Shown here: in pieces, positions 37,623-47,982 of the stretch | Numbering within the stretch: position 1 is the stretch's first letter | Layout: every line of letters begins with the position of its first letter | DNA from: an uncultured Candidatus Saccharibacteria bacterium | GTDB taxonomy: Bacteria > Patescibacteriota > Doudnabacteria > UBA920 | DNA length: 64,000 bases | NCBI GenBank assembly: GCA_964532425.1 | Contig: CAZHIA010000008.1 | Location: 13,224-77,223, forward strand | Direction: 5' to 3' | Notes under the pieces: model-generated | Database searches by the model: none | What the model was told of the DNA's origin: nothing | The model's input: the letters and a program-made list of their open reading frames with translations, nothing else | Made by a program: the position numbers and the translations under genes

Positions 37623-38900
37623 ATGGCAAAGAATAAGAAGGCAAAAAAGCAGGCTCGGCGCGCAGCATTGAGGCGGATCAAGGGAGCGGCGAAGAAAAAA
37701 GACAAAGCGGGAAAGAAGCTTCACAAGCCGGTCGCAAAGGTGGTACGCAGCGCCAAGCATGAGCCCGTCCGGGCAGGTGTGGAACCACACCCCAACACTG
37801 AACTGCAGCTCAAGGCGCTATTTGCCAAGGGCTCGGAGCGCGGCTTCGTAACTGAAGCTGAGATTTTGCATGCTTTGCCACAGTTTGAAGACGATATCAA
37901 GGGCCTCGAGGGTGTCATGGACAAACTGGAATCACGCGGTATTGAGATTGTCGACCAGGAAGTAGCCTCGGTGTGGGAACAGAACAAGCCGACCGAGGAT
38001 GCACCGGAAGGAAAAGGCAAAGGAAAGAAGAAGAAACAGGATGACATGGTTGATGCCTTTGATTTGGGCGATATTTATGATGATTCCATCCAGATGTACC
38101 TGCGCGAGATCGGCAAGGTACCGCTGCTGACCGGCGAAGAAGAGATTGATCTCGCCAAACGCATCGCCAAGGGCGATGTGGCGGCGCGCAAGAAGTTGAC
38201 TGAAGCCAACCTCCGGTTGGTCGTTTCTATTGCCAAGAAATACATGGGTCGCAACCTCGGGTTGTTGGACTTAATCCAGGAAGGCAACTTGGGACTGTTC
38301 CGCGCTGTTGAGAAGTTCGACTGGAAGAAAGGGTACAAGTTTTCGACGTATGCCACCTGGTGGATCCGCCAGGCTATTACCCGCGCCTTGGCTGACCAGA
38401 GCCGCACCATCCGTATTCCTGTGCATATGGTGGAAACGTTGAATAAGTACGCCCAGGCCGAACGCCAGCTGGTCCAGGATTTGGGACGCGAACCGCTGCC
38501 GGAAGAGATCGCCGCAGAAATGGGTATCGAGGTGGAGAAGGTTTATCACTTGAAGAAGATCTCTCAGGAGACCGTCTCTATCGATTCTCCAGTGGGGGAG
38601 GATGAAGGTGAGGATTCTTCGCTCGGTGACTTTATCGTGGACGAAGATACGACCAAACCGAACGAGGTAGCCGGACGCCAGCTACTGAAGGAATATGTCC
38701 AGAATATTTTGAAGGACCTCGATCCGCGCGAACAGAAGATTTTGAAGATGCGTTTCGGGCTGGAAGACGGCGTTACCCATACCCTAGAAGAGGTTGGTGA
38801 AGAGTTCGGGGTTACCCGCGAGCGCATCCGGCAGATCGAAAGCAAGGCACTAGAGCGCATCCGCGAACATATTGATATCAATAAATTGAGAGACTATTAG
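37623..38900 (+). CDS. rpoD: RNA polymerase primary sigma factor
   Basis: [60 protein letters not shown]; follows dnaG. Confidence 0.98.
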   Translation: MAKNKKAKKQARRAALRRIKGAAKKKDKAGKKLHKPVAKVVRSAKHEPVRAGVEPHPNTELQLKALFAKGSERGFVTEAEILHALPQFEDDIKGLEGVMDKLESRGIEIVDQEVASVWEQNKPTEDAPEGKGKGKKKKQDDMVDAFDLGDIYDDSIQMYLREIGKVPLLTGEEEIDLAKRIAKGDVAARKKLTEANLRLVVSIAKKYMGRNLGLLDLIQEGNLGLFRAVEKFDWKKGYKFSTYATWWIRQAITRALADQSRTIRIPVHMVETLNKYAQAERQLVQDLGREPLPEEIAAEMGIEVEKVYHLKKISQETVSIDSPVGEDEGEDSSLGDFIVDEDTTKPNEVAGRQLLKEYVQNILKDLDPREQKILKMRFGLEDGVTHTLEEVGEEFGVTRERIRQIESKALERIREHIDINKLRDY

Positions 38901-38929
38901 ACTAAAATCCCCGAAAGGGGATTTTATTT

Positions 38930-39057
38930 AATTTCTAATTCTAATTTCCAACCTGCCTGCCGGCAGGCAGGTTTCCAATAAAATACCCAATGTCCAAATT
39001 TGGAAATTATTGCATTAGAAATTTTATTAGGAATTAGGAATTGGATATTGGAAATTA
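38930..39057. repeat. Heptamer repeat array with nested CCTGCCTGCCGGCAGGCAGG palindrome
   Basis: Palindrome at 38952-38971 flanked on both sides by TTTCCAA; inverted right arm (TTGGAAATT)n. Confidence 0.75.
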
Positions 39058-39188
39058 AGATCATCTTGCTTTTCCCTTCTCCTCGTGTTCTGCCCATACT
39101 TTAACTTTTCCACCGTCGCTGAATAACTGCTTATTTTAGCCGAAATTTTAGCTATTGACCCCCGTCAAATTAGGTGTATCCTGTAAAT

Positions 39189-39378
39189 AGGAAAGGAATT
39201 AACGGATGCAAAACCAGGTACTGGTTAGGGTGACTTTTCAATGAAGTCGCGATAAGCCCAAGGCCGCTTAAGGCCGTTGCATCAAGCACCAAATAGGAAC
39301 ACACAATTCGCACAATGAGAAAAGTACACCCTTAGCGGCAGGCTTGTTCTTGAAAAAGACAAAGCCTGCTGCTGTTTT
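39189..39378 (+). ncRNA. Candidate orphan structured RNA
   Basis: TTGACC-16-TATCCT promoter, multibranch fold closed by GATGCAA/TTGCATC, terminator-like stem; no long plus-strand ORF within the unit. Confidence 0.45.
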
Positions 39379-40051
39379 ATTTATAGTTATTTGTATCTTT
39401 TTCAGCCGGACGCAAACCGCTCGCCGCTTCCCCGGTCCTGACAATCCGACGGTCGGGAATGAACCACATGAGCGCCACGAGCACAAAGAGAATATCGGAA
39501 ACCCATGGAAGCCAGAAAGCAGCGCCGACTGCCAGTGCATACAAGGTGAGTGATAGCCATCCTTTGTAGTCCTCGCCGAGTGCGGAGGCAAGCCGCGAAT
39601 CCTTGCCCTGGCTGGCAACAATAGCGCGCTGCAAAATTTGGTAAGCAATGGCAGAAAGCAGCAGAATGCCGGCATACAGGGCAGTAGGCCATGAGCCGCC
39701 ATGGTTCTCACCAAGCCAGCCGGTCACGAACGGGACCAGTGAGAGCCAAAATAACAAATGAAGGTTGGCCCACATAATTTTCCCGGTTACTTTTTTTGTG
39801 ACATGCAGCAAATGGTGGTGGTTGTTCCAGTATGCACCGACCACTTCGAAGCTTAAGGCATACGTTAAAAATACCGGCAGCAGCGGCTTAAACACGGCCG
39901 GGTTGGACCCGGAAGGTACTTTCATTTCCAATACCGTGATAGTGAGTATAATGGCAAACACGCCGTCGCTGAATGTCTCTAAACGCGCCGGTCCGGGCGG
40001 TTCGGTTGTGGCAACCGGCTGGTTCTGTTCGTTTGGAAGAGGTAAATCCAT
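39377..40051 (-). CDS. TMEM175 family (DUF1211) potassium channel
   Basis: RLETFSDGVFAIILTITVLE, YWNNHH, WLSLVPF. Confidence 0.92.
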   Translation of the reverse strand: MDLPLPNEQNQPVATTEPPGPARLETFSDGVFAIILTITVLEMKVPSGSNPAVFKPLLPVFLTYALSFEVVGAYWNNHHHLLHVTKKVTGKIMWANLHLLFWLSLVPFVTGWLGENHGGSWPTALYAGILLLSAIAYQILQRAIVASQGKDSRLASALGEDYKGWLSLTLYALAVGAAFWLPWVSDILFVLVALMWFIPDRRIVRTGEAASGLRPAEKDTNNYK

Positions 40052-40144
40052 ACGTACTTACACGATCACGGCTATTTTTTCTTGCATCCAATAAAAAACC
40101 GGGGGGCCTTTTCAGGTCCCCCGAAGGGTTGTTGTTGGCCTGGA

Positions 40145-43100
40145 TCAGAAAATGAAGCGCAGGCCGAGCTGCAGGCGTCGGGCATTGGTGCCGTCAGGGA
40201 ATCCCTGGGCGGCCGTGCCAGTGCCGAGACTGGTTTGATAGGTAAGCGTGGGAACGCCGGAGACGAGCGCATACGTGTACGCGCGGGTATTCACCGAAGT
40301 GAAGTACGGGCTGTTGAACACGTTGAATCCGTCAAACGTGAACATGGCTTTGTAGCGTTCATGAATCGTGACGGATTTGCTCAGGCGCAGGTCAATGCGG
40401 GTGATCTGGTCAACGAGCACGCTGGACGTCGGTAGGAATGGCGCACGGGTGTTGCCGCCGTACCCGTTCAAAGTGCTACCGGTGAAAGCGACAGCATAGC
40501 CGGCAGGCACATAGGCCGAAGACAGTGAGACCACCGGTGTAACAGCCGGGGCTGACTGGAACGTACCCAGGCCTGAAAGGCTCCAGCCGTTGAGCAAATA
40601 CTTCAAGCGATGGTCATTGCTGACGAGTGTCGGGCTGTAGCTGCCGTTCATGACGAGCCGGTGCCGGACATCGAGCGCAGCCGTGCCTTTTTCCACGCGG
40701 TAGTTGCCGGGCATGTAGCTCTGCGGGCCGCCGCTGGCGAAAATATTTGGCGTGCCGGCGAAGCCTTGTCCCTGATCAATCGCATGCGACCATGTATAGG
40801 CGGCGCTGCCGGTCAGTCCGTGACTGAAACGCTTGCTCAATTGGACAGACAGGCCGTTGTACCAGCTGTTCAAGCCGGCATCAATGATGTTGATGCGGCT
40901 GTAGCGAGTATCGACGCGGTTGCTGCGAATGTAGACCGGCGTCGAATATGTGAATGCCTGCGTCGGGTTGCCCGGGGTGCCGATGACGTTGTAAGTCACG
41001 GTCGGGCCCGGGGCGCCGATGTTGATGTCATTGACCGAGGTCAGATGCAGTCCACGGCTCCACATGCCGGAGACCGTGAGTGCGAGGTCGCGGGCAAGCT
41101 GCCGTTCAATGGCGAGATTTGCTTGCTGCGTGTACGGAGCGCGGAAGTCGCTGGCTGCAATATTCAGACTAACCGAACCGGCCGGAGGGTTGTAGTTTCC
41201 GGAGTTCGGCAGCACATTCGGGAAGACCGGTCCTGCCGCCTTGTCAGCGGCATTCGACGATTGCAGCGAGATCGACTTTTGGTAGATGCCGTTACCGAGG
41301 AAGAACGTATTGATAAGTCCTCCCGGGTAGCGGGCATAAAACATGCCGTATCCTCCGCGCAGGACAGTCTTGCTTTGGCTGTCGAGCGAGTAGGCAAAGC
41401 CGATGCGCGGCGCAAAGGCTCCGGCAAACGTCGGGATGACCCCGGTAGCCTTATAGTCAGGGTTGGTGACGGTCGGCTGGGGTAGGGCGCTGTAGTCGTA
41501 GCGGACGCCTAAGTTCAAGGTCAGACGCTGCGTGATTTTGAGCTGGTCCTGAACGAAGAACGCGTAATCCTTAATCGCGAAGTCGACCAGGGGATTGCCG
41601 ATAGTCTGCGAAAAAGACGTCCAGTTTTTGGTTCCAGTCGTATTGCCGGTCAGGTCAGCCGCCAGAGCGCTGAATGACGGATAGCTGTAGGTACCGGTGC
41701 GGTTGAACAGCATATTCGTCAGGTCGCGTGTGCGCATGAACTCAAAACCGAACTTGACGGTCTGGGAGCCTTTGATCCAGGTGAGCGTATCCGCAATTTG
41801 GTGGCGCGTTTCGATCGGGTTCAGGCGCGGATAATCCGTAGCCGTTCCAAGGTAGCTCTGTCCCGTGATGCTGATGCCCAAGAAACCTTGCGGCACAATA
41901 CTCGAGGGAAGAGCTAAGCTCTGGTTCGGGTAGTCGAACAACTTGTCGTAAAACCAGTTGTATCGAAGCTCGTTGACCATGGTCGGCGTGGGGATGAAGG
42001 TCCACGAGGCGCGGCCGTATTTGTCGCGCACCGAGGAATCGACGTTGTTGCCGACGCCATTTCCGTTATTCAGTACTGCCTGGGTTTGCAGCCCGTTGGG
42101 TGAGACCCAGCGAAGCATATTCATCCCGACAGTAAACGAGTGGCGTTCATTCGGCCGGTAGTCAATCTTGGCATACCCAAGGTTCTGGTTGACCGAACGC
42201 GGAACGGTTTGAAATTCGCGATTGAGGAACGTCCGGGCGGCCGCACATTGTTCCGGCGTAGCCGGGGCGCCGCAGGTGCCGATGAACTGGCCGGTAGTGC
42301 TAAACAGCGGATTTCCTGCTCCGGTGATTGAAGCGATGAGAGGGAAGTCCCGCCACAAGCCTTCGTAGTTAACGAAGTAGAACAGCTTGTCGCGGATGAT
42401 CTTGCCACCAAGGCTGCCGCCGAGCTGGTTGCGCTTTTCGGTCGGGTTGAACCGCTTGCCCGTGGTCGGGTCAATGGTTGCAAAAATATCCGTGGCATTA
42501 AAGTTCTGGTTCCGGAAGAACCAGTACCCGGTTCCGTGGAATTCATTGCCGCCGCTGCGGGTCACCGTGTTGACGACACCGCCCATGGCGCGTCCGAATT
42601 CAGCGGAAAAGTTGTTGGAAACAACTTGGAACTCCTGTACCGCATCTTGTCCGATTTGGGATCCGATGCGGGTACGGCCGGCGTTTTCATTATAGTAACC
42701 GTTGGTCGTATCGCCGCCGTCCGTTAGGAAGGTGTTGCCGCCGGCAATGCCGCGGAACGAGATAAGCCCGAACGTACCGTCAGGAACGACCGCGGGCGAC
42801 AGGAGAACGAACGAGTCCACGCGGCGGCCATTGATCGGGAGATCCTGAATCTGGGTCGATCCAACCACTTGTGACACGTCGGTCTTGGTGGAATCGACAA
42901 TAGGCGCTGCAGCCTCGACTTGCACTGAGGTTGCGGCGCTGGCCAGCTGGAGTTCGATGTTGAGCATCAAATTTTGGCCGACCAGGACCTGGATGTCCTT
43001 GGCTTTGTACTCGGCAAAACCGGGACTTGAGACCATAACGCTGTAGCCTTCCGCAGGCGTCAGCGAGGGAGCGGAGAATATTCCGGCCTCGGTTGTCGCC

Positions 43101-43282
43101 ATAGCGCGCTGAATACCTTTGGTTTCATTGACAATGAAGACCTTGGCATTCGGAATGGCAGCGCCTGACGGGTCATGTACGGAGCCGGAAATGGCTCCGA
43201 GACCGGCCACAGACTGGCCGAAGGCCAGCGAGGCGAAGATAAACAAAAATACGACTCCCGCGAGCGCGGTAAATCGTCTCAT
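40145..43282 (-). CDS. Oar-like TonB-dependent outer membrane receptor with carboxypeptidase-regulatory-like N-domain
   Basis: Signal peptide, ISGSVHDPSGAAIPNAKV, DLPINGR, VQEFQV..FSAEFGRAMGG..TRSGGNEFHG, QDQLK..LNLGVRYD, APRIGFAY, C-terminal QLGLRFIF. Confidence 0.93.
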   Translation of the reverse strand: MRRFTALAGVVFLFIFASLAFGQSVAGLGAISGSVHDPSGAAIPNAKVFIVNETKGIQRAMATTEAGIFSAPSLTPAEGYSVMVSSPGFAEYKAKDIQVLVGQNLMLNIELQLASAATSVQVEAAAPIVDSTKTDVSQVVGSTQIQDLPINGRRVDSFVLLSPAVVPDGTFGLISFRGIAGGNTFLTDGGDTTNGYYNENAGRTRIGSQIGQDAVQEFQVVSNNFSAEFGRAMGGVVNTVTRSGGNEFHGTGYWFFRNQNFNATDIFATIDPTTGKRFNPTEKRNQLGGSLGGKIIRDKLFYFVNYEGLWRDFPLIASITGAGNPLFSTTGQFIGTCGAPATPEQCAAARTFLNREFQTVPRSVNQNLGYAKIDYRPNERHSFTVGMNMLRWVSPNGLQTQAVLNNGNGVGNNVDSSVRDKYGRASWTFIPTPTMVNELRYNWFYDKLFDYPNQSLALPSSIVPQGFLGISITGQSYLGTATDYPRLNPIETRHQIADTLTWIKGSQTVKFGFEFMRTRDLTNMLFNRTGTYSYPSFSALAADLTGNTTGTKNWTSFSQTIGNPLVDFAIKDYAFFVQDQLKITQRLTLNLGVRYDYSALPQPTVTNPDYKATGVIPTFAGAFAPRIGFAYSLDSQSKTVLRGGYGMFYARYPGGLINTFFLGNGIYQKSISLQSSNAADKAAGPVFPNVLPNSGNYNPPAGSVSLNIAASDFRAPYTQQANLAIERQLARDLALTVSGMWSRGLHLTSVNDINIGAPGPTVTYNVIGTPGNPTQAFTYSTPVYIRSNRVDTRYSRINIIDAGLNSWYNGLSVQLSKRFSHGLTGSAAYTWSHAIDQGQGFAGTPNIFASGGPQSYMPGNYRVEKGTAALDVRHRLVMNGSYSPTLVSNDHRLKYLLNGWSLSGLGTFQSAPAVTPVVSLSSAYVPAGYAVAFTGSTLNGYGGNTRAPFLPTSSVLVDQITRIDLRLSKSVTIHERYKAMFTFDGFNVFNSPYFTSVNTRAYTYALVSGVPTLTYQTSLGTGTAAQGFPDGTNARRLQLGLRFIF

Positions 43283-43591
43283 ATACCGAATCCTCCTTAA
43301 GGAGTTGAAATGTGATTTCCCAAAGCACGCCCCTGAAGCTGTGTGAGGTGGGATGTTTGAGAAATGGTTTGATCGAGATCAATCCACTTTTGGTATAGCG
43401 AAAAAACAGCAATCTGTCTAATTGTTATTTTTCATAATTTGTGATATAATTAAGATAGATTTTATATAAAGCTGCTTAAGAAAAGCGAAAGTTTAATGTA
43501 TCTGACAAACGAGTATGTTTGTCAGGATTAATTGCTTTTTTGAGCATTCGAAATAAAAGGTCTGGCAGCGTCAAAATAATTTTTATATACC

Positions 43592-44818
43592 ATGGATATG
43601 GTTAAAATAAAACGGGTCAAGCGCCAGAAAAAGCGGAGCACTGCAGCCGAAAAGATTATGGCGGGTTTGGGACTTGGAACGACCTTGCTCGGTATGACCG
43701 GCGGTGCAGTAGCGCCAAAAAAAAGCAATAAGGCTATAGTCCGCACCAACGCTTCATCACGAGCCCGTCAAATCGGCTTGATGATGCACCAGGCCCTGCA
43801 GTCAAGCGTGGGTACGCCGACGGCCAAGGCGGCAGAAACCGATGAAGAATGGGAGGGTGATGACGAAGCTACCCCAACCGATACGACCCCGAGCGATGAC
43901 GTGGAAAATTCCGATGATGCTGCGTCTTCCAATGATTGGCAATATGGGACACCGGACGATGCCGAGACAGAAACCAGTGAAAGCGGTACGGAAGCCACAG
44001 ACGATACCGATACCGATATCGAAAACGGAGAGGATGCCGTAGGGGAGGGGCAGGATATTGAATTGGCTGATGATCAGGAAACGGCGGATGAAACCGAACT
44101 GGCTGAAGTTGATAATGAGGACGTAAATATTGTGAACGGACAGGTGTATACAACGAACGGGAGTACGGTTGCCAATAACCAAAGTGGAACCAGCGTGTTA
44201 GATTCGCATGGGGTCTTGGCCATAAACGGGCAGGTCTATAATCAGGGAGATACTGATGTGGAAGAGTCAGAGGATGGTTCAGGTAATTTGGTTGCAGCTG
44301 CCGCTGACAGCATCGAGATGGCCAATAATTTCGGCAATCCCCAAGGCTTACAGATGCCGACCGGTTACCAAACTTTCCAGGATGAGAGCGAAACGTCTGA
44401 AGCAGAGGCGGATTCCGAAGCGGAGCCGGCTGCTGCCCGTACCTATAAGGTTAAGAAAGGTGACACCTTATGGGGTATTTCGCGAAAGTATTATGGCCGC
44501 GGCATCCTGTGGCGGAAGATTATGAATGCCAATGCAGACAAAGTAACTGAGCCGAGGCTTCTTCAGATCGGTACTGTGTTGACTATCCCGCCGCTTGAAC
44601 AGTCGGATCTGGAATCTATTCCCAGAGCTGCCGTGAAAACAAAAACCCAAACCCATGCTTCCCCGTCAACCGGTGATCCATTCGGCAGCCAGCAGTATGG
44701 ATATGATTCCGGCTCAAGCAATAGCGGGGGATATACTCCGGGATTCCTACTGCAGGATTTTCAGACACAAAACAACACTGACTCGTCACAAGAGGGATCT
44801 GATATCGAGAGTGAATAA
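43592..44818 (+). CDS. LysM domain protein with basic N-terminus, hydrophobic anchor and very acidic stalk
   Basis: [40 protein letters not shown]; D/E-rich middle region. Confidence 0.85.
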   Translation: MDMVKIKRVKRQKKRSTAAEKIMAGLGLGTTLLGMTGGAVAPKKSNKAIVRTNASSRARQIGLMMHQALQSSVGTPTAKAAETDEEWEGDDEATPTDTTPSDDVENSDDAASSNDWQYGTPDDAETETSESGTEATDDTDTDIENGEDAVGEGQDIELADDQETADETELAEVDNEDVNIVNGQVYTTNGSTVANNQSGTSVLDSHGVLAINGQVYNQGDTDVEESEDGSGNLVAAAADSIEMANNFGNPQGLQMPTGYQTFQDESETSEAEADSEAEPAAARTYKVKKGDTLWGISRKYYGRGILWRKIMNANADKVTEPRLLQIGTVLTIPPLEQSDLESIPRAAVKTKTQTHASPSTGDPFGSQQYGYDSGSSNSGGYTPGFLLQDFQTQNNTDSSQEGSDIESE

Positions 44819-44854
44819 TTTCATTTTAGGTTAATTCAACCTTATATCAACTAA

Positions 44855-44875
44855 TCCCGCCCCTGCGGGAGGAAA
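44855..44875 (+). promoter_or_regulatory. Conserved leader hairpin + GGAAA (copy 3)
   Basis: TCCCGC-CCCT-GCGGGA-GGAAA; stem ends 21 nt before the ATG at 44892. Confidence 0.6.
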
Positions 44876-44891
44876 TAAACACACACGTTCT

Positions 44892-47800
44892 ATGTTCGCA
44901 AAGCGTCTTTCCTGGGTAGCCGCGCTCTGCCTTGCCCTCACGGCCCTGTTGCCGTCTTCGGGTTCGGCACTGACTCTGGCTGAGCTGACCGGCACGGCAG
45001 CCACCTCAAGCTATAGCCCGATCACCATCACTTCGGCTTCCAATAAAACCATTACCATCACTGCGACGCCGCTGTCCTTTGACGGTTCAGCCTGGACCTA
45101 CCAAGTCGCCTGGAACCGGGCCAAGAATGCCAAGGGTTCGCTCTATGTTTCGCTTAAGTCCAATGCCGGCATCAAGGTTGCCAGCGTGGCTGCCGCTGAC
45201 CAGGCCGGGACAGTGGCCTTCACCGCGCTGCCTGGAACAGTTTTCCGGGTCGAATTCTACTCCCTGCCGAATGGCAAGGGGAGCCTCTTAGTCCGTAAGT
45301 ACTTTACGAGCCTCTCGGCAGACAAGGCGGTAGCAACGACAGGGGCAGCAAGCAATTCTCCATATTTAATGGGAACTAATGGTTATACGTTTGCAAATAC
45401 CGGCACGAGTTCCACATATGGAGTTGGAACGAGTGGTTATACTGCCGTAGGTACTGCCACAAGCCCTGCTTTAGCGGTGACAAATGGCAATACTGTGTAC
45501 TGGCCGGTTTCCACTTTACAGAAAGACCCAAGCCCAACCAGTGCCAATAATCCATACTGCAAAAGTTCTAACGGACAATCCTGTTATGCCATACCTGCAG
45601 CTTTAGACCCTGTTCAAAACTATGATTTGAGCCTTAAGCATTCAACTCCGGAACAAAGCAGCCAGTGGGTGGTCGCATACAATTATCGATCGGCAACTAC
45701 AGGCAAGTGTATGCACTATGACGCAGCGGGGACGCGCTCGGAAATTCCTTGCTATGCCGACCATCCGCTGCCGACCGTATCCGACAGTTATGTCCCGACC
45801 TTTAACGATCCGACTTTCCGTTTTGATTTAGCAAATGCGACTTGTGTGTATACCGGTGCGTATTCTGCCTATAAAGACTGGGGTCATAGCCATTGGGACT
45901 TCTGTACCGGTTATGGCGGCACTGCCTGGGCGGGCGCTGTCCCTTATACCGTAGTTGATTCCAATAATCCCGTTTCCGGCAACCCAACTATCACCACTAC
46001 AACCACCACCACTACCAATCCTAACCCTGCTCTTACTACCGTTAATCCTACAACTACTGTCATCGGTAATGTTGAATATAAAACCGTCGGCCAAATTTTA
46101 CAGGAAAAGTACGGTATCAACTGGGATCCGACAAACAAGCCAAAAGATCCGCAACCTTCAGGGATAAACAATTATTACTCCTCAACCTATCTTGCCCCGC
46201 TTCCCAGTCAGAGTGTTGGTCTGAATTATGTTAATGCCAACAAGGGTGCGAGTGTACAAATGGTGCTGGGTATGAATTACACCGACGGCAAAGGCAATTG
46301 CTATCACGTCGATTTTTCAACCGGTCAAAAAGTAGTATCGCACCTTGATTGTTATGCTGACCGTCCTTTGCCTGTAATTACCGGTGATGTCCCGGCTCCA
46401 ACCAATGACAACTCGAATTTCCCTTGGTCATTGGCGAATGCCACATGTATTTATATAGCCGGTAACAGTCCATATAAAAATCCGGGAGCGAGCCACTACA
46501 ATAGCTGTGGGGGTACTGACCCGGCAAATATCCCAGGTCCCAGCACGACAGTTGATGTGAATGAAAAAGTTGCTATTAAATATAACGGGGTGAGTATTGA
46601 TACTGACCCGTATAATCCAAAAAATCCGTATGCTCCGCGCGTAGATAATTACTCCTACGCGATGCCCACAATTGACACAGGTCTTAAATTGGTGGATGCC
46701 AATGGCGGTATGAGTGTGCTTTGGGTTCAGAGCTTCCTGTATAAAGACGCCAGTGGCGCATGCCATAAAATGGATAGCACGAGCGGTACGCCGGTTGTGA
46801 GCGACATCCCGTGTTACGCCAACCATCCGCTTCCAACATGGACAAAATCTACCCCGCCCGCCCAAAATGACCCGACTTTCGATTGGACCATGTCCAACGC
46901 CCAGTGTTTGTACACTGCCGGCAGGGGTAAACCGATACCCGGTGCCAGCGAACTCTTGAGTTGCGGGGTGGCTGGTGTAAATCGAGACCCCGGTTACTTC
47001 CAGAATCCTATTTATCCGGTAAACCCTGATGTCAAATTGCCGTCTTCCACAGACCCGTCAATTGTAACTTCTGTAACTTATCGTCAGGTTTCGGGAACCA
47101 CCAGCGGCGCCGTGATTTGTTATAAAACTCAGCGGGTAAAGGGCGCTAACTCTTTGTACCCCAATGAATACACGATGGTTACCACTACTGTCACTTGTCC
47201 AGACCCGCTTCCTCCGGTTTTGGTGGTTGGCCAGGTACCAAGCGCCAATGATACGAATTTTAACTGGGCGGCGGCTAACGCTACTTGCGTGAGAAAAGCT
47301 GACAACTCTCCTGTTCCTTGCGGAACCAGCGCGGCTTCTACCGGTATAAATGGACAGTGTGGCTCGGTCTCCGGACAGATCTATACCTCGTTAAGTTCCT
47401 CAGCTTCTGGTTTGTGTACGGTCGGCACGATGTCAGGTTTTTCCGGCACCGGCCCCTGGAGTTGGTCATGCAGCGGTAATAACGGTGGTATTGCGGCAAC
47501 CTGCTCCGCGTATGCCAACTCGAGCCAGCAGCAGGCAGGCCAGCAGACTTTGTATGCCAAGCAAACCGCATGCCAGACTTCCGGCGGGACCTGGGTTGCC
47601 AGTACTTCTGTATGCGTGCCTCCCAGCTCAACTACCACCAATCAGCCCGCTATCAACGAGCCTTCTTCCGGTTCTGTCGGCCAGAAAGCGACAATTAACA
47701 CTCCTAACACTGGTGGAGTTGGCGCGTTCCTGAACATGTCGAGCAGTAACCCCAGTGTATGTTCCGTACCTTCGACGGTATACGTAAAGCCGAATGATCC

Positions 47801-47903
47801 ACTCAGTACGCCGTCCTGCACCTGCACGGGCAAGGGGACCACCACTGTCACCATTTCCGGCGCGGGTTTTCAGACCTCGACCGAAACGATCACCTGCAAC
47901 TAG
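44892..47903 (+). CDS. Secreted Cys-rich repeat protein, paralog 3 (4 degenerate modules, CG..LC..GPWSWSC module, Ig-like end)
   Basis: Same N-domain; N[AS][TQ]C-ending modules x4 (CYADHPLP, CYADRPLP, CYANHPLP, CPDPLP). Confidence 0.85.
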   Translation: MFAKRLSWVAALCLALTALLPSSGSALTLAELTGTAATSSYSPITITSASNKTITITATPLSFDGSAWTYQVAWNRAKNAKGSLYVSLKSNAGIKVASVAAADQAGTVAFTALPGTVFRVEFYSLPNGKGSLLVRKYFTSLSADKAVATTGAASNSPYLMGTNGYTFANTGTSSTYGVGTSGYTAVGTATSPALAVTNGNTVYWPVSTLQKDPSPTSANNPYCKSSNGQSCYAIPAALDPVQNYDLSLKHSTPEQSSQWVVAYNYRSATTGKCMHYDAAGTRSEIPCYADHPLPTVSDSYVPTFNDPTFRFDLANATCVYTGAYSAYKDWGHSHWDFCTGYGGTAWAGAVPYTVVDSNNPVSGNPTITTTTTTTTNPNPALTTVNPTTTVIGNVEYKTVGQILQEKYGINWDPTNKPKDPQPSGINNYYSSTYLAPLPSQSVGLNYVNANKGASVQMVLGMNYTDGKGNCYHVDFSTGQKVVSHLDCYADRPLPVITGDVPAPTNDNSNFPWSLANATCIYIAGNSPYKNPGASHYNSCGGTDPANIPGPSTTVDVNEKVAIKYNGVSIDTDPYNPKNPYAPRVDNYSYAMPTIDTGLKLVDANGGMSVLWVQSFLYKDASGACHKMDSTSGTPVVSDIPCYANHPLPTWTKSTPPAQNDPTFDWTMSNAQCLYTAGRGKPIPGASELLSCGVAGVNRDPGYFQNPIYPVNPDVKLPSSTDPSIVTSVTYRQVSGTTSGAVICYKTQRVKGANSLYPNEYTMVTTTVTCPDPLPPVLVVGQVPSANDTNFNWAAANATCVRKADNSPVPCGTSAASTGINGQCGSVSGQIYTSLSSSASGLCTVGTMSGFSGTGPWSWSCSGNNGGIAATCSAYANSSQQQAGQQTLYAKQTACQTSGGTWVASTSVCVPPSSTTTNQPAINEPSSGSVGQKATINTPNTGGVGAFLNMSSSNPSVCSVPSTVYVKPNDPLSTPSCTCTGKGTTTVTISGAGFQTSTETITCN

Positions 47904-47919
47904 AGCAGTACAGCATAAA

Positions 47920-47958
47920 AAACAAGCCTCCGGAAAATGCCGGAGGCTTGTTTGTTTT
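47920..47958. terminator. Bidirectional terminator
   Basis: AAACAAGCCTCCGG-AAAATG-CCGGAGGCTTGTTT. Confidence 0.8.
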
Positions 47959-47982
47959 ACAAGTCCATGAGCTGTACTTGTA

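Noticed and set aside
40610-41485. Long antisense ORFs (e.g. 291 aa here; 18619-19428; 53309-54073)
   Set aside because: Shadows of well-supported genes on the opposite strand, expected from codon bias.
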